A stretch of 64,000 nucleotides of DNA from a virus. Lineage: Duplodnaviria; Caudoviricetes. Positions 1 to 9,092 of this stretch are shown piece by piece; positions within the stretch are counted from its first letter, which is position 1; every line of letters begins with the position of its first letter. The notes beneath the pieces are model-generated. The model saw only the letters and a program-made list of their open reading frames with translations. It was not told the origin of the DNA and did no database searches. The stretch is from positions 44,210-108,209 of IMG/VR virus record IMGVR_UViG_3300035520_000529. One strand, given 5' to 3'. Made by a program: the position numbers and the translations under genes.

Positions 1-854
1 CTGCAGAGTACGGCGTGCCACAAGCACGAGAACGAGTTGTTATTATCGGTAATAGGATTGGAGTGGAGAACCCATACCCTAAGCCAACACACTACGTTGT
101 AGGCACATCCAGCAACACTAGTGGACTAATACAAGCAATAACTACAGAGCAAGCTATAGGCTTTTTGGCTAACAAGAAACTAACTAAGAACGTCATACAT
201 ATAAGCAAGGCGGAAATAAATGAACACATCCAAAAGACTGGATTACAAGACGTTGAGGGACTATATTCCATATTGGGGGTAACTCTTGACTGTGAAGAGA
301 TTCTTATAACTAACCACGTAGCATCCGAAAACGTTGCTGATACTTTTTGGGGACGTAAGTATGCAGTTAACCAATCTGACATTTGCGACTATCTGCGATA
401 TTGGAGGGATAAGAGTGGTTGGACTACTAAGGCAGTTGACGAACATTTCGGATACTCTTACACTGCGGGGCATTGGTTTAGAAAGGATAACAAGTCGGGT
501 AGTATCCCCAAGCCTGAAGATTGGTGGGAGCTAAAGAAGATATTCGGCTTTGATGATACGTACGATAAAGCAGTTACTACGTTAGTTGAAAAAGAGATTC
601 AGTTTGAACAGTCATTACGCATTACCAACTGGGACAGACCTAGCGACACCATCACTGCTACAAGTCCTGAAATACACGTTAACAAAATGCGTAGACTAAG
701 TGCGAGAGAATGTGCTATCCTACAGACTTTCCCTCTTAGTTATGAGTTTACTGGTAGCTTGAACAAGATGTACACCCAAATTGGAAACGCAGTCCCAGTT
801 AAACTCGCTACCAAGATAGCTGAGGGAATATATAATGTAATTAAGAAAGGATGA
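1..854 (+). CDS. C5 cytosine DNA methyltransferase, 5'-truncated by the window; variable region contains an HTH-like insert
   Basis: Motif VIII (EYGVPQARERV) at the window start, motif IX (RRLSARECAILQTFP) and motif X (YTQIGNAVP). Confidence 0.9.
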   Translation, partial: AEYGVPQARERVVIIGNRIGVENPYPKPTHYVVGTSSNTSGLIQAITTEQAIGFLANKKLTKNVIHISKAEINEHIQKTGLQDVEGLYSILGVTLDCEEILITNHVASENVADTFWGRKYAVNQSDICDYLRYWRDKSGWTTKAVDEHFGYSYTAGHWFRKDNKSGSIPKPEDWWELKKIFGFDDTYDKAVTTLVEKEIQFEQSLRITNWDRPSDTITATSPEIHVNKMRRLSARECAILQTFPLSYEFTGSLNKMYTQIGNAVPVKLATKIAEGIYNVIKKG

Positions 855-860
855 TATTTT

Positions 861-1397
861 TTGAACTATCATGATATTAAAGTAGACGATTTAAACAATG
901 GAAGTGGTGTAAGAGTTACACTGTTTGTTAGTGGTTGTGAGCATAACTGTCTTGAATGTCACAACCCACAAACTCATGATGCTAATAGTGGACGATTGTT
1001 TGATGAGAATGCAAAGAACTATATTTTTGAGTATTTAGCTAAAGATTACATAGACGGCATTACATTAAGTGGTGGTGACCCTCTCTATCCTACAAATGTT
1101 GAGGATATTTTTGAACTAGTTAGTGAAATAAAAGATAAGTTTCATAACAAGACCATTTGGTTATATACTGGCTATACTTTAGACATTCCGAATATATTTA
1201 CTAGTAACAAGCCTAATTTATTAGAAAAACAGAGATATAATATTATTAGGTTATGTGATGTTGTAGTGGATGGTAACTTTGTTAAATCTTTAGCAGATAT
1301 TAATTATCCGTATGCAGGTAGCACTAACCAAAGAGTTATTGATATTCAAAAGAGTTTCTTTAACCAAAAACTAACTCTCTTTGATAATACTCTATAA
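861..1397 (+). CDS. nrdG: Anaerobic ribonucleotide reductase activating enzyme (radical SAM)
   Basis: NGSGVRVTLFVSGCEHNCLECHN (CxxxCxxC), GITLSGGDPL, GSTNQRVID. Confidence 0.93.
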   Translation: MNYHDIKVDDLNNGSGVRVTLFVSGCEHNCLECHNPQTHDANSGRLFDENAKNYIFEYLAKDYIDGITLSGGDPLYPTNVEDIFELVSEIKDKFHNKTIWLYTGYTLDIPNIFTSNKPNLLEKQRYNIIRLCDVVVDGNFVKSLADINYPYAGSTNQRVIDIQKSFFNQKLTLFDNTL

Positions 1398-1407
1398 AAG
1401 GAAAAAC

Positions 1408-1438
1408 TTAACCTGTACCCAAGTTGGGTACAGGTTAA
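1408..1438. promoter_or_regulatory. Perfect 31-bp palindrome: candidate parS/operator, or nrdG terminator
   Basis: TTAACCTGTACCCAA-G-TTGGGTACAGGTTAA directly upstream of the parA promoter. Confidence 0.55.
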
Positions 1439-1455
1439 AAAGTTTAAAATAATTC

Positions 1456-1484
1456 TTGACAATCTGATAAAGCAATGCTATAAT
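1456..1484 (+). promoter_or_regulatory. Consensus sigmaA promoter for parA-parB-hipA-like operon
   Basis: TTGACA-17 nt-TATAAT with extended -10 TG. Confidence 0.85.
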
Positions 1485-1518
1485 TAAATCATAAAAATTA
1501 ATTTTGGAGGTGCTTTTT

Positions 1519-2337
1519 ATGATAATTACAATATGTAATTTTAAAGGCGGTGTTGGAAAGACTACAACTTGTCATGCACTAGCAACAGCAAAAGCATTGC
1601 AAGGCAACAAAGTCTTAGTGTTGGACTTAGACGGACAACACTCCTTAACCACATCTTGTGGTGTGGATGTTAAAAAGTTTGGCAATAGTACAGTCACCAT
1701 TAGTGACCTAATTATGGCAGATATTAAAAACATTGACTATGATGTTGATGATGTTCATGAAGCTATCATTGAGTTGAAGAACATAAACTTAATTCCATCT
1801 ACTAAAGTTCTATCATTCTGTGATAAAGAATTGACAATATCTAAAAAAGCAAACGTACTTGAAAATATTCTAAACAAAGTTAAAGATGAGTACGATTACA
1901 TATTTTTGGATTGCTCACCAACTAGAAATAGTCTTTGTGAGAATGCCCTATACGCTACAGATAGTGTTATTATTCCAGTAGAATCGTATTATTTAGGTTC
2001 TGAGGGATTGTATGACTTTATAGAAATTGTAGATGAGATTAACAATAGGTTTAATAAAAATGTCTATATTGAGGGTATTATTTTAACTATGTTCCAAAAT
2101 GCAAACCTTTGCAAGACTGTTAAGTCCTATATTTTAGATGCAATTAAAGGCAAAAATGTGAAGAACGCTATTAAAAGCTCTAAAGGAAACGAAATAAAAG
2201 TGTTTGAGCAGACTATTCCACGTTCCGTAAAGGTTTCCGAAGCTGGGTTATATGGTAAATCTATTATTGAGTATATGCCAAACAATCCAGTATCTAAGCA
2301 GTATATGAAGATTGCAGAACAAATTAAGGTGGTGTAA
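1519..2337 (+). CDS. parA: ParA/Soj partition ATPase
   Basis: Deviant Walker A KGGVGKTT, DLDGQ, YDYIFLDCSP, IPRSVKVSEA; GGAGG RBS favours ATG 1519 over the ORF-track start 1504. Confidence 0.93.
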   Translation: MIITICNFKGGVGKTTTCHALATAKALQGNKVLVLDLDGQHSLTTSCGVDVKKFGNSTVTISDLIMADIKNIDYDVDDVHEAIIELKNINLIPSTKVLSFCDKELTISKKANVLENILNKVKDEYDYIFLDCSPTRNSLCENALYATDSVIIPVESYYLGSEGLYDFIEIVDEINNRFNKNVYIEGIILTMFQNANLCKTVKSYILDAIKGKNVKNAIKSSKGNEIKVFEQTIPRSVKVSEAGLYGKSIIEYMPNNPVSKQYMKIAEQIKVV

Positions 2338-2340
2338 ATT

Positions 2341-3258
2341 ATGGGATTGAAAGATAAACTATTAGAAAGCGGAAGTCTAACCGATTATATAGTGCAAACA
2401 AGTGTTGATAATGATGATATAGATATTATACAAATGATAAAGCTAACTAGTCTTGAAATTATCTCTAATCAACCTTTTAAGGAATATGTAAACACATCTA
2501 GATACCAAAGCTTAAAGGAAAGTGTTAAACTTAATGGAATTACCAACCCTTTGATAGTTAGGCTCACTGACGATGGAAAGTATCAAATACTATCGGGCAG
2601 ACATAGGTATTTAGTAGCTAAAGAACTTAATCTTTTAGAAGTACCTTGTATAGTTAAGAAAAATCTTTCTGATGACGATGCAGAGATAATCTTACTAGAC
2701 AGTAACCTATGTCAAAGAGAGGAACTATTACCATCAGAAAAGGCATTTTCATACAAGCAGAAGAACGATATTCTAAAAAGGAAAGGTGTGCGAACTGACC
2801 TATATAATGATAGTAATAAAGGCATAAAGTCGGTTGAAATTATTGCTAGTACTATGGGTAGTAGTAAGAGTGAAGTTATTCGTTACATAAGACTTACTAA
2901 CTTAATCCCTAAATTTTTAGATAGACTAGACAGTAAAACCATGCCAATTAGTGTGGGTTATGCTTTGAGTTTTTTGAGTGAAGATTCGCAAAAAATAGTC
3001 AATGATACTATCGAAAATAACGGTATAATAGTATCGTTAAAGATGGCGAATGCGTTGAAAGAACTATCTAACAATAGTATAAAAGTATCTAAAGAGGATA
3101 TTGAGAGAGTGTTATTAAATAGCAGTCCAGTTTCAACCAAAACATCTCTAAAAAAACTTAGAACTGACTATCTATCAACATACTTTTCGGATGATACCTC
3201 TGATGATGAAATGATTGAAACTATAAAGAAAGCTTTACAGTTGTACTTAAACAAATAG
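2341..3258 (+). CDS. parB: ParB/RepB/Spo0J family partition protein
   Basis: GITNPLIVR...YQILSGRHR (GxxR box), SNLCQRE.LLPSEKAF, HTH; directly after parA. Confidence 0.9.
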   Translation: MGLKDKLLESGSLTDYIVQTSVDNDDIDIIQMIKLTSLEIISNQPFKEYVNTSRYQSLKESVKLNGITNPLIVRLTDDGKYQILSGRHRYLVAKELNLLEVPCIVKKNLSDDDAEIILLDSNLCQREELLPSEKAFSYKQKNDILKRKGVRTDLYNDSNKGIKSVEIIASTMGSSKSEVIRYIRLTNLIPKFLDRLDSKTMPISVGYALSFLSEDSQKIVNDTIENNGIIVSLKMANALKELSNNSIKVSKEDIERVLLNSSPVSTKTSLKKLRTDYLSTYFSDDTSDDEMIETIKKALQLYLNK

Positions 3259-3266
3259 CGTGGAGC

Positions 3267-4424
3267 GTGAAAAATAAAATTATGCTATATACTTTAATGC
3301 ACCAAAATATTGAAGTTTTCGACCTAACTTTAGATGAAGATTCGGGTACGATAGTAGAGGTTGGAAAAGTTCACAATCCCGAACATATTCCTATAGGTGT
3401 GTGCTTTGATGGGCAGAACATACCTAAAAGAGAAGTTATACACTGGTGGAATGGTAGGTCTATACCTGTTAGCCGTTCGGGGTTGAGAAACTTCATGTTG
3501 AAGTTAGACCTTACTGACGTCAACGTGTGGGTAAAAAAGAGCCTAGGTTTGAGTCTATCCGATCAGTATTGGATTAAGCCTAAAGATAGTTCAATACACT
3601 GGGAAGATGTGAACTTTTTCGACAACAACTTTTCGGAAGATATCGGCAAACTGTTAATGGGTTACAAGAGTGATTACGCAGTCTACGATTTTAAATCTCC
3701 TGATAGCACGTCTAATGGTTGGCTAAAAAAACGTTGGACTATCATAGATGGAAAGAGATATTTAATCAAAGGTAGCTCTACACTCTTTCAAGAGCCTTAC
3801 AATGAGGTTATAGCTTCACACATTGCAGAAACTTTAGGCATACGCCATCAACCTTACAGACTAATCTACAACGAAAATAAGCCTTACTGCCAGTGTGAAA
3901 ACTTTGTAACTCGTGATACCGAACTTGTGGATGCTAGTGCTATTGTGCATAGTGTAGAAAGACTTCCTAATGAGAGTAAGTTTGAACACTTTAAACGTAG
4001 TTGTGAACGTTGGAACATCCCAAACTTTAGTGAGCGTATGGACGAAATGTTAGTGCTAGATTACATTATAGCCAACCAAGATAGACACTTCGGAAACTTT
4101 GGGTTTATCCGAGACGTTAACACTTTGGAGTTCCTAGACTTTGCACCTATATTCGATTGCGGAACTTCATTACGTTATGACACACCCACTAAATATATTG
4201 ATATCAGCCTTGACGTTGAGTCACAACCATTCTTAGACACACATTCCCAACAGATAACACTAATCAACGATTGGAGTAAGTTCGACCTATCCAAACTGGG
4301 CAACATCTCCAACTGGATACACAACTTCCTAACCTCGGGAGTAAACTCAATCTTCATAGATGAGGAACGCAGCGAGAAGTTGGCGACACTAGTCGAACGT
4401 AGAATAGACACACTAAAACAGTAG
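3267..4424 (+). CDS. HipA/CtkA-like kinase-domain protein
   Basis: SPDSTSNGWLKKRW, YLIKG, EPYNEVIAS, DYIIANQDRHFGNFG, FAPIFDCG. Confidence 0.8.
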   Translation: MKNKIMLYTLMHQNIEVFDLTLDEDSGTIVEVGKVHNPEHIPIGVCFDGQNIPKREVIHWWNGRSIPVSRSGLRNFMLKLDLTDVNVWVKKSLGLSLSDQYWIKPKDSSIHWEDVNFFDNNFSEDIGKLLMGYKSDYAVYDFKSPDSTSNGWLKKRWTIIDGKRYLIKGSSTLFQEPYNEVIASHIAETLGIRHQPYRLIYNENKPYCQCENFVTRDTELVDASAIVHSVERLPNESKFEHFKRSCERWNIPNFSERMDEMLVLDYIIANQDRHFGNFGFIRDVNTLEFLDFAPIFDCGTSLRYDTPTKYIDISLDVESQPFLDTHSQQITLINDWSKFDLSKLGNISNWIHNFLTSGVNSIFIDEERSEKLATLVERRIDTLKQ

Positions 4425-4440
4425 CTATTTTGCGAAAAAC

Positions 4441-4475
4441 AATCCCCTACCATAATGGTAGGGGATTAATTTTAT
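4441..4475. terminator. Bidirectional intrinsic terminator between convergent hipA-like and endolysin genes
   Basis: AATCCCCTACCAT-A-ATGGTAGGGGATT inverted repeat with A/T-rich flanks. Confidence 0.8.
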
Positions 4476-5704
4476 TATGTAGTGTACTTAGCAACATCAC
4501 TCTTAGATAACCCAAAGTATGTGTAGAAGTCCGTCCACTTAGTGTTGTACTTCCAAATGGACGAGTTACCACGGATTTCATCACCACGATACTTTGAACC
4601 AGTACGCACATCTACATGGGTGGCTTGATACTTACTCGAAATGTTCGCAACACCGCCAAAGCCTAAGTCACTAGCTACACAGCACACAATCTTAGCGGAA
4701 ATGACACCACTAGAGTTTTTGCAAACTATGTCACTAGCCTTGCCTAAAACGTGCTGACCGCTACCCGAACCACCTACAGCCTTATCGTGGACTGATGTTC
4801 TGTAGCCACTATTAACAGTGATTGAAGTGCATTTCAAAGTATCAAACAACTTTTCTAACATTTGCACCAAATCATAGGATATTAGCACGTTATCGGAGTA
4901 GAGGTTACTACCGCTAATACTTGCGAACTCCTTAACTTGGAAATGCTTAGATACGTATGTGTTGCCGTCCTTAGCATAGCTAAACGTCTTAACGCCCTCC
5001 CATGTGGGATAGCTTGTACTTGATGTTGTAGCGGTTACTGTTATGCTAGTAGTATCGCCATAGCCGTTAAGCTTTTTGGACTGTATCAAAGTAGGATAGT
5101 CTACATAGCAATAGTCGAGGTCTACGTTTCCAGTAATGCCACTAACAGAACCCTTTTCGGAATATTGCCAAACGCCATAGCTACCAGTGTATGAACACGC
5201 ATTAGCGTAGTTTGCTACCCATAGGGCATACCTAGATTTTATGGTATCAGTGTAGTAGTTTGTTAGATAGTTAGGGTTTGCGTAGAAACCAGCCCACCAT
5301 CCTTGCGACTCACAGTACTTGCAGAACGCATTCGTCATATCGGAAACTAGTTGCTTAGTGGCTTTGATTCCGTAGGTCTTCTTGATGTATGTACAACTTT
5401 CATCTTCCCAGTCATAGTATACTGGTAGGTCTATCTTGCCACTATACTGGGATATGGTATCTATGCATAGCTTGGCTTCTTTCTGGGCTTGTGCCACAGT
5501 AGAAGCGTATCCAAACCAGTAAATGCCGATATGTAACCCTTGCTCAATAGCACCTTGCATATACTCATGGAGCTTCGTATCCACGTTAGAATTTCCGTAT
5601 CCCGCACGGATAATTACACCTTGTACACCACTATCTTTAACCTTAGCAAAGTCCACAGTGCCGTTGTGGTGCGATAGGTCTATAAGTTTGTATTTAACTT
5701 CCAT
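4475..5704 (-). CDS. Endolysin: GH25 muramidase plus C-terminal peptidase M15-like domain
   Basis: IDLSHHNG, VIIRAGYG, PVYYDWE, WQYSEKGSVSGITGNVDLD; then NSGYRT..H, QHVLGKASD, THVDVR. Confidence 0.9.
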   Translation of the reverse strand: MEVKYKLIDLSHHNGTVDFAKVKDSGVQGVIIRAGYGNSNVDTKLHEYMQGAIEQGLHIGIYWFGYASTVAQAQKEAKLCIDTISQYSGKIDLPVYYDWEDESCTYIKKTYGIKATKQLVSDMTNAFCKYCESQGWWAGFYANPNYLTNYYTDTIKSRYALWVANYANACSYTGSYGVWQYSEKGSVSGITGNVDLDYCYVDYPTLIQSKKLNGYGDTTSITVTATTSSTSYPTWEGVKTFSYAKDGNTYVSKHFQVKEFASISGSNLYSDNVLISYDLVQMLEKLFDTLKCTSITVNSGYRTSVHDKAVGGSGSGQHVLGKASDIVCKNSSGVISAKIVCCVASDLGFGGVANISSKYQATHVDVRTGSKYRGDEIRGNSSIWKYNTKWTDFYTYFGLSKSDVAKYTT

Positions 5705-5718
5705 AATGTCAATCCTTT

Positions 5719-6060
5719 CTATTCCGTATCATTTCGGAACTCTTCCAAAATGCTTTTTAACTTTTTGGGGAGAGGTACTCCCAGTTTGCCTACATTTTCT
5801 GTAATGCTTATTGCCTCGTTGAAGATAGCCCATGTACACACCATCGTGTATAGTACATCCTTGCCAAAATAGATTCTATCAATAGTGGAACACATTACTA
5901 TTATTAGCATGATTAGATACTTTTTGTATAGCCCTTTAGTCATTACAGCACTCTTTAATGTGTGACGTTTGGTGGCTTTTAGTACTCCAGTTAGCACATC
6001 CAAGCAGATAAGCACAAACACTAGGTATATTAGCTTGTTGATAATTAATAAATCGCTCAT
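5719..6060 (-). CDS. Phage holin (toxin secretion/phage lysis holin type)
   Basis: D..TG..KA, hydrophobic segments, NEAISITENVGKLGVPLP; adjacent to endolysin. Confidence 0.88.
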   Translation of the reverse strand: MSDLLIINKLIYLVFVLICLDVLTGVLKATKRHTLKSAVMTKGLYKKYLIMLIIVMCSTIDRIYFGKDVLYTMVCTWAIFNEAISITENVGKLGVPLPKKLKSILEEFRNDTE

Positions 6061-6078
6061 GTAATCATCCTCTTAGTA

Positions 6079-6867
6079 TTAGTATGTGTAGTTATACCTT
6101 ATTGTGGCACTAGTTAGAGGTGTGTTGCCAGTGCTACTAATAGAAATATTACTCCATTGAGCTGATGTACCAGCATAATAAACGTTTTTGAGCGAGGTAG
6201 ATAGATAAAAAGCATAGCTATCAATAACAGAAATAGTGTTAGGTATGTATATACTAGTTAAGCTTGTACACTCTGAAAAAACATTTTTTGAAATAGAAGT
6301 AACACCGCTAGGAATCTTTATAGTAACTAAGCTTGTGCAACCATTAAAAGCACCACTACCAATACTTGTAACACCACTGGGAATAACTACACTAGTTAAG
6401 CTTTCACAACTAGAAAAAGTGTTTTGTTTAATGTATGTGACACCATTTGGGATAATTGCATTAGTTAAGCTTTTGCAACCACTAAAAGCATACTCATCAA
6501 TAGAAGTAACTGTGTTAGGTATGTCTATATTAGTTAATTTTGTGCAAGATGCAAAGGCTCTATTACCAATAGAAGTAACACCATTAGGAATAGTTATACT
6601 AGTTAAACATGCATAATTTAAAAAAGCATAACTTCCAATAGAAGTAACACCATCTGGAATATTAGCTTCTATACTAGCACCCGTTAACGTACCGCTACTA
6701 TCAATAGTGTACTCAAAGCCCCCACTAGCATCTATATTTTGCAACTTACTCACAAGGCTATCGAAACTTTCGCTTTTGGAAGCTTCCACATCAAAGGAAT
6801 TAAGCTTGTCTACAAGATCGCCTTTAATGGCAACCAACTTTTCTAAATATTCAGCAATAGTTTGCAT
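6079..6867 (-). CDS. BspA-type (LRR_5) leucine-rich repeat protein, tail/receptor-binding module
   Basis: Repeats of LTSITIPNGVTSIG..AF..C behind an N-terminal helical anchor; last gene of the fibre cluster. Confidence 0.8.
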   Translation of the reverse strand: MQTIAEYLEKLVAIKGDLVDKLNSFDVEASKSESFDSLVSKLQNIDASGGFEYTIDSSGTLTGASIEANIPDGVTSIGSYAFLNYACLTSITIPNGVTSIGNRAFASCTKLTNIDIPNTVTSIDEYAFSGCKSLTNAIIPNGVTYIKQNTFSSCESLTSVVIPSGVTSIGSGAFNGCTSLVTIKIPSGVTSISKNVFSECTSLTSIYIPNTISVIDSYAFYLSTSLKNVYYAGTSAQWSNISISSTGNTPLTSATIRYNYTY

Positions 6868-6870
6868 TAG

Positions 6871-9075
6871 CTACCCTCCATTCACTATATTATCTAATGC
6901 GGATTGCACATCGCCTAGGGTGGTAGTAATATCATCAATAGCGGACTTTACTACCTTATTCTGCACTGCATTGGTAGACGTGTCGCTAAGTGCGGAATCG
7001 AATCCTAATTCTACAGTATTAGACAACTTATTCATGTGACTTTCAAGATAGTTTAACTCATCTACAACAGTAGCAAAACCATTTACAGATTTCAACACAA
7101 AGTTAGTAATAATGTTTTCCTCATCATCTGTAGTTTGATATGCTACATCATAAGTAGTAGATGGATTCAACGTATAGAGGTAACCCTCAATCTTACCAGA
7201 AGACACTGTTAGTAGCTCATCGTTTATGGTTATGGTGTAGTTATCGTCACTAGCAGTAAAAGAGTATTTAACTAGTTTAGTATCCGCATTAGTAATAAAA
7301 GTAGTGTTTTCAGTTTGAGATAGTTTATCTTGAGATAGTAGCACTATGTTCTCATCCTCGGAAACTTCAAAGTCTCCCAAAGTAGATAAGTCAACTTTAG
7401 TTTCCAAAGCAGAATAAACTCCACCACTAGTTACTAAATTTTCACTAAGCCTAGTAGGAGTTTTGTCAATTTCTTTGTCAAACTTGTAATTTAGAAGTTC
7501 CCAACCATTTTCGTTATGGATATAGTACTGAGTAGAACTTTCTGCACCAGTAACTACATAGATAACACCATCAATTATGTCTTTTTTAGGTAGTTCATCC
7601 ACTGCAATCCTTTTTACATAGTCCAAATTGTCTAAAGCTAAGCAATCTATAGTACCCTCAACTGATAGATTACCCATAATGAATGTGTTACCATTCCAGT
7701 CTATGGTTAAAGCGTTTGAACGTGTAATTGTATTCTCATTAGTATCTTCATTAGTTTCTTTAGTGCCATTACCAATAATGAATGCATATTGGTTATTTTC
7801 ATCCGATAGATTATAACGTCCTATAGTGGTTTGTGCTTCACCATTTGCTATAGTTCCAATACCACTACTATGAGAATAGTGTGAAATTGCTTGTGTATTA
7901 TAGCCCTCAGCGTGTGATGATAGACCATTTGCAATACAACCAGTACCCTCAGCATGAGAACCCTCACCTATAGCTTGTGTATAGATGTCTCCCAAGTTAC
8001 CATTATTCTGTGTAGGAATAAAGTAGCCCTCAGAGTGAGAGCCTAAACCCGAAGCTATTGAAGAATATCCCTCAGCATGAGACTGTGCGTTGGTAGATTG
8101 TGTATAGAAGCCCTCCGCATGGGAGTAGTCTCCTAACGCTTTAGAGCCTATTCCCTCAGAGTGGCTGTTATCACCTATAGCAACAGTATGGTAGCCCTCA
8201 GCGTGAGAATGACTACCTATTGCAACAGAACTATTTCCCTCTGAGTGGGTACACGTACCAATAGCATATGTATTAGCACCCTCACTATGTGCATTTGGAG
8301 CAGAGCCATCATTTATACTAGTAATGTCTTCTAATGTAGTACCCCACGTTGTAAGTAGCTCATCGGATATTGTTAAATCGTCAGAAAATCCAGACACTGT
8401 TTTATAACCCTCTGCGTGTGAGTTACTAGAGTGTGTAGTAGTTGAAGCACCCTCAGTATGTGAGGTGTTACCATAGGCAATAGTGTTACTGCCCTCTGCA
8501 TGAGAGTACTTTCCTAGTGCAACGTTTAAGTTTGAATCTGCGTTGTTGCGTTGAGAAACGTTAAAGACTTCTGCTCCAATATTAGCTGTTTTAGATATAC
8601 CACTTACATTATAACTTTTTCCAGTAATATCTGCACCTGCACCATATATAGTACCATCCTCTTTTTCTAGAATGGTAAAATCATCAATTTTTACACCGCC
8701 AAGTGTAGTACTTGTTGCAATTGGTAGAGTGTAAGTATCTACTAGGTCAGTAACTAGTATATATATGTGTTTGTTGTTGGAATTAGCTATTACCAAATCA
8801 ATATATTTATCTCCAATATTATATCCATCTACTGGAGAATTATCTTCGGTACATTCTTCTACTGAACCACTTTCTACTACTAAATCTTTAGGAATGTTTA
8901 TCTTTTCACCGATAGCAACGTCATTGTTATATAATTGATATGTAGTAGAATATCCATCTTCAGCAGTGTCTTGCTTTTTGATAGTATAGTTTATCGTTTC
9001 TAATGAATCTCTTGCTACAGTGTCTCTAATATCTAACTTTTCACCATTTAGATTAATATGCGAAACCCATGACAT
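6871..9075 (-). CDS. Tail fibre with YadA/Hep-Hag-like head repeats
   Basis: About 14-aa S-H-A-E-G repeats, then IIGNG...RSNALTIDWNGN neck; DSALSDTSTNAVQNKVV motif. Confidence 0.78.
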   Translation of the reverse strand: MSWVSHINLNGEKLDIRDTVARDSLETINYTIKKQDTAEDGYSTTYQLYNNDVAIGEKINIPKDLVVESGSVEECTEDNSPVDGYNIGDKYIDLVIANSNNKHIYILVTDLVDTYTLPIATSTTLGGVKIDDFTILEKEDGTIYGAGADITGKSYNVSGISKTANIGAEVFNVSQRNNADSNLNVALGKYSHAEGSNTIAYGNTSHTEGASTTTHSSNSHAEGYKTVSGFSDDLTISDELLTTWGTTLEDITSINDGSAPNAHSEGANTYAIGTCTHSEGNSSVAIGSHSHAEGYHTVAIGDNSHSEGIGSKALGDYSHAEGFYTQSTNAQSHAEGYSSIASGLGSHSEGYFIPTQNNGNLGDIYTQAIGEGSHAEGTGCIANGLSSHAEGYNTQAISHYSHSSGIGTIANGEAQTTIGRYNLSDENNQYAFIIGNGTKETNEDTNENTITRSNALTIDWNGNTFIMGNLSVEGTIDCLALDNLDYVKRIAVDELPKKDIIDGVIYVVTGAESSTQYYIHNENGWELLNYKFDKEIDKTPTRLSENLVTSGGVYSALETKVDLSTLGDFEVSEDENIVLLSQDKLSQTENTTFITNADTKLVKYSFTASDDNYTITINDELLTVSSGKIEGYLYTLNPSTTYDVAYQTTDDEENIITNFVLKSVNGFATVVDELNYLESHMNKLSNTVELGFDSALSDTSTNAVQNKVVKSAIDDITTTLGDVQSALDNIVNGG

Positions 9076-9092
9076 ATTCTTTCACATCCTTT

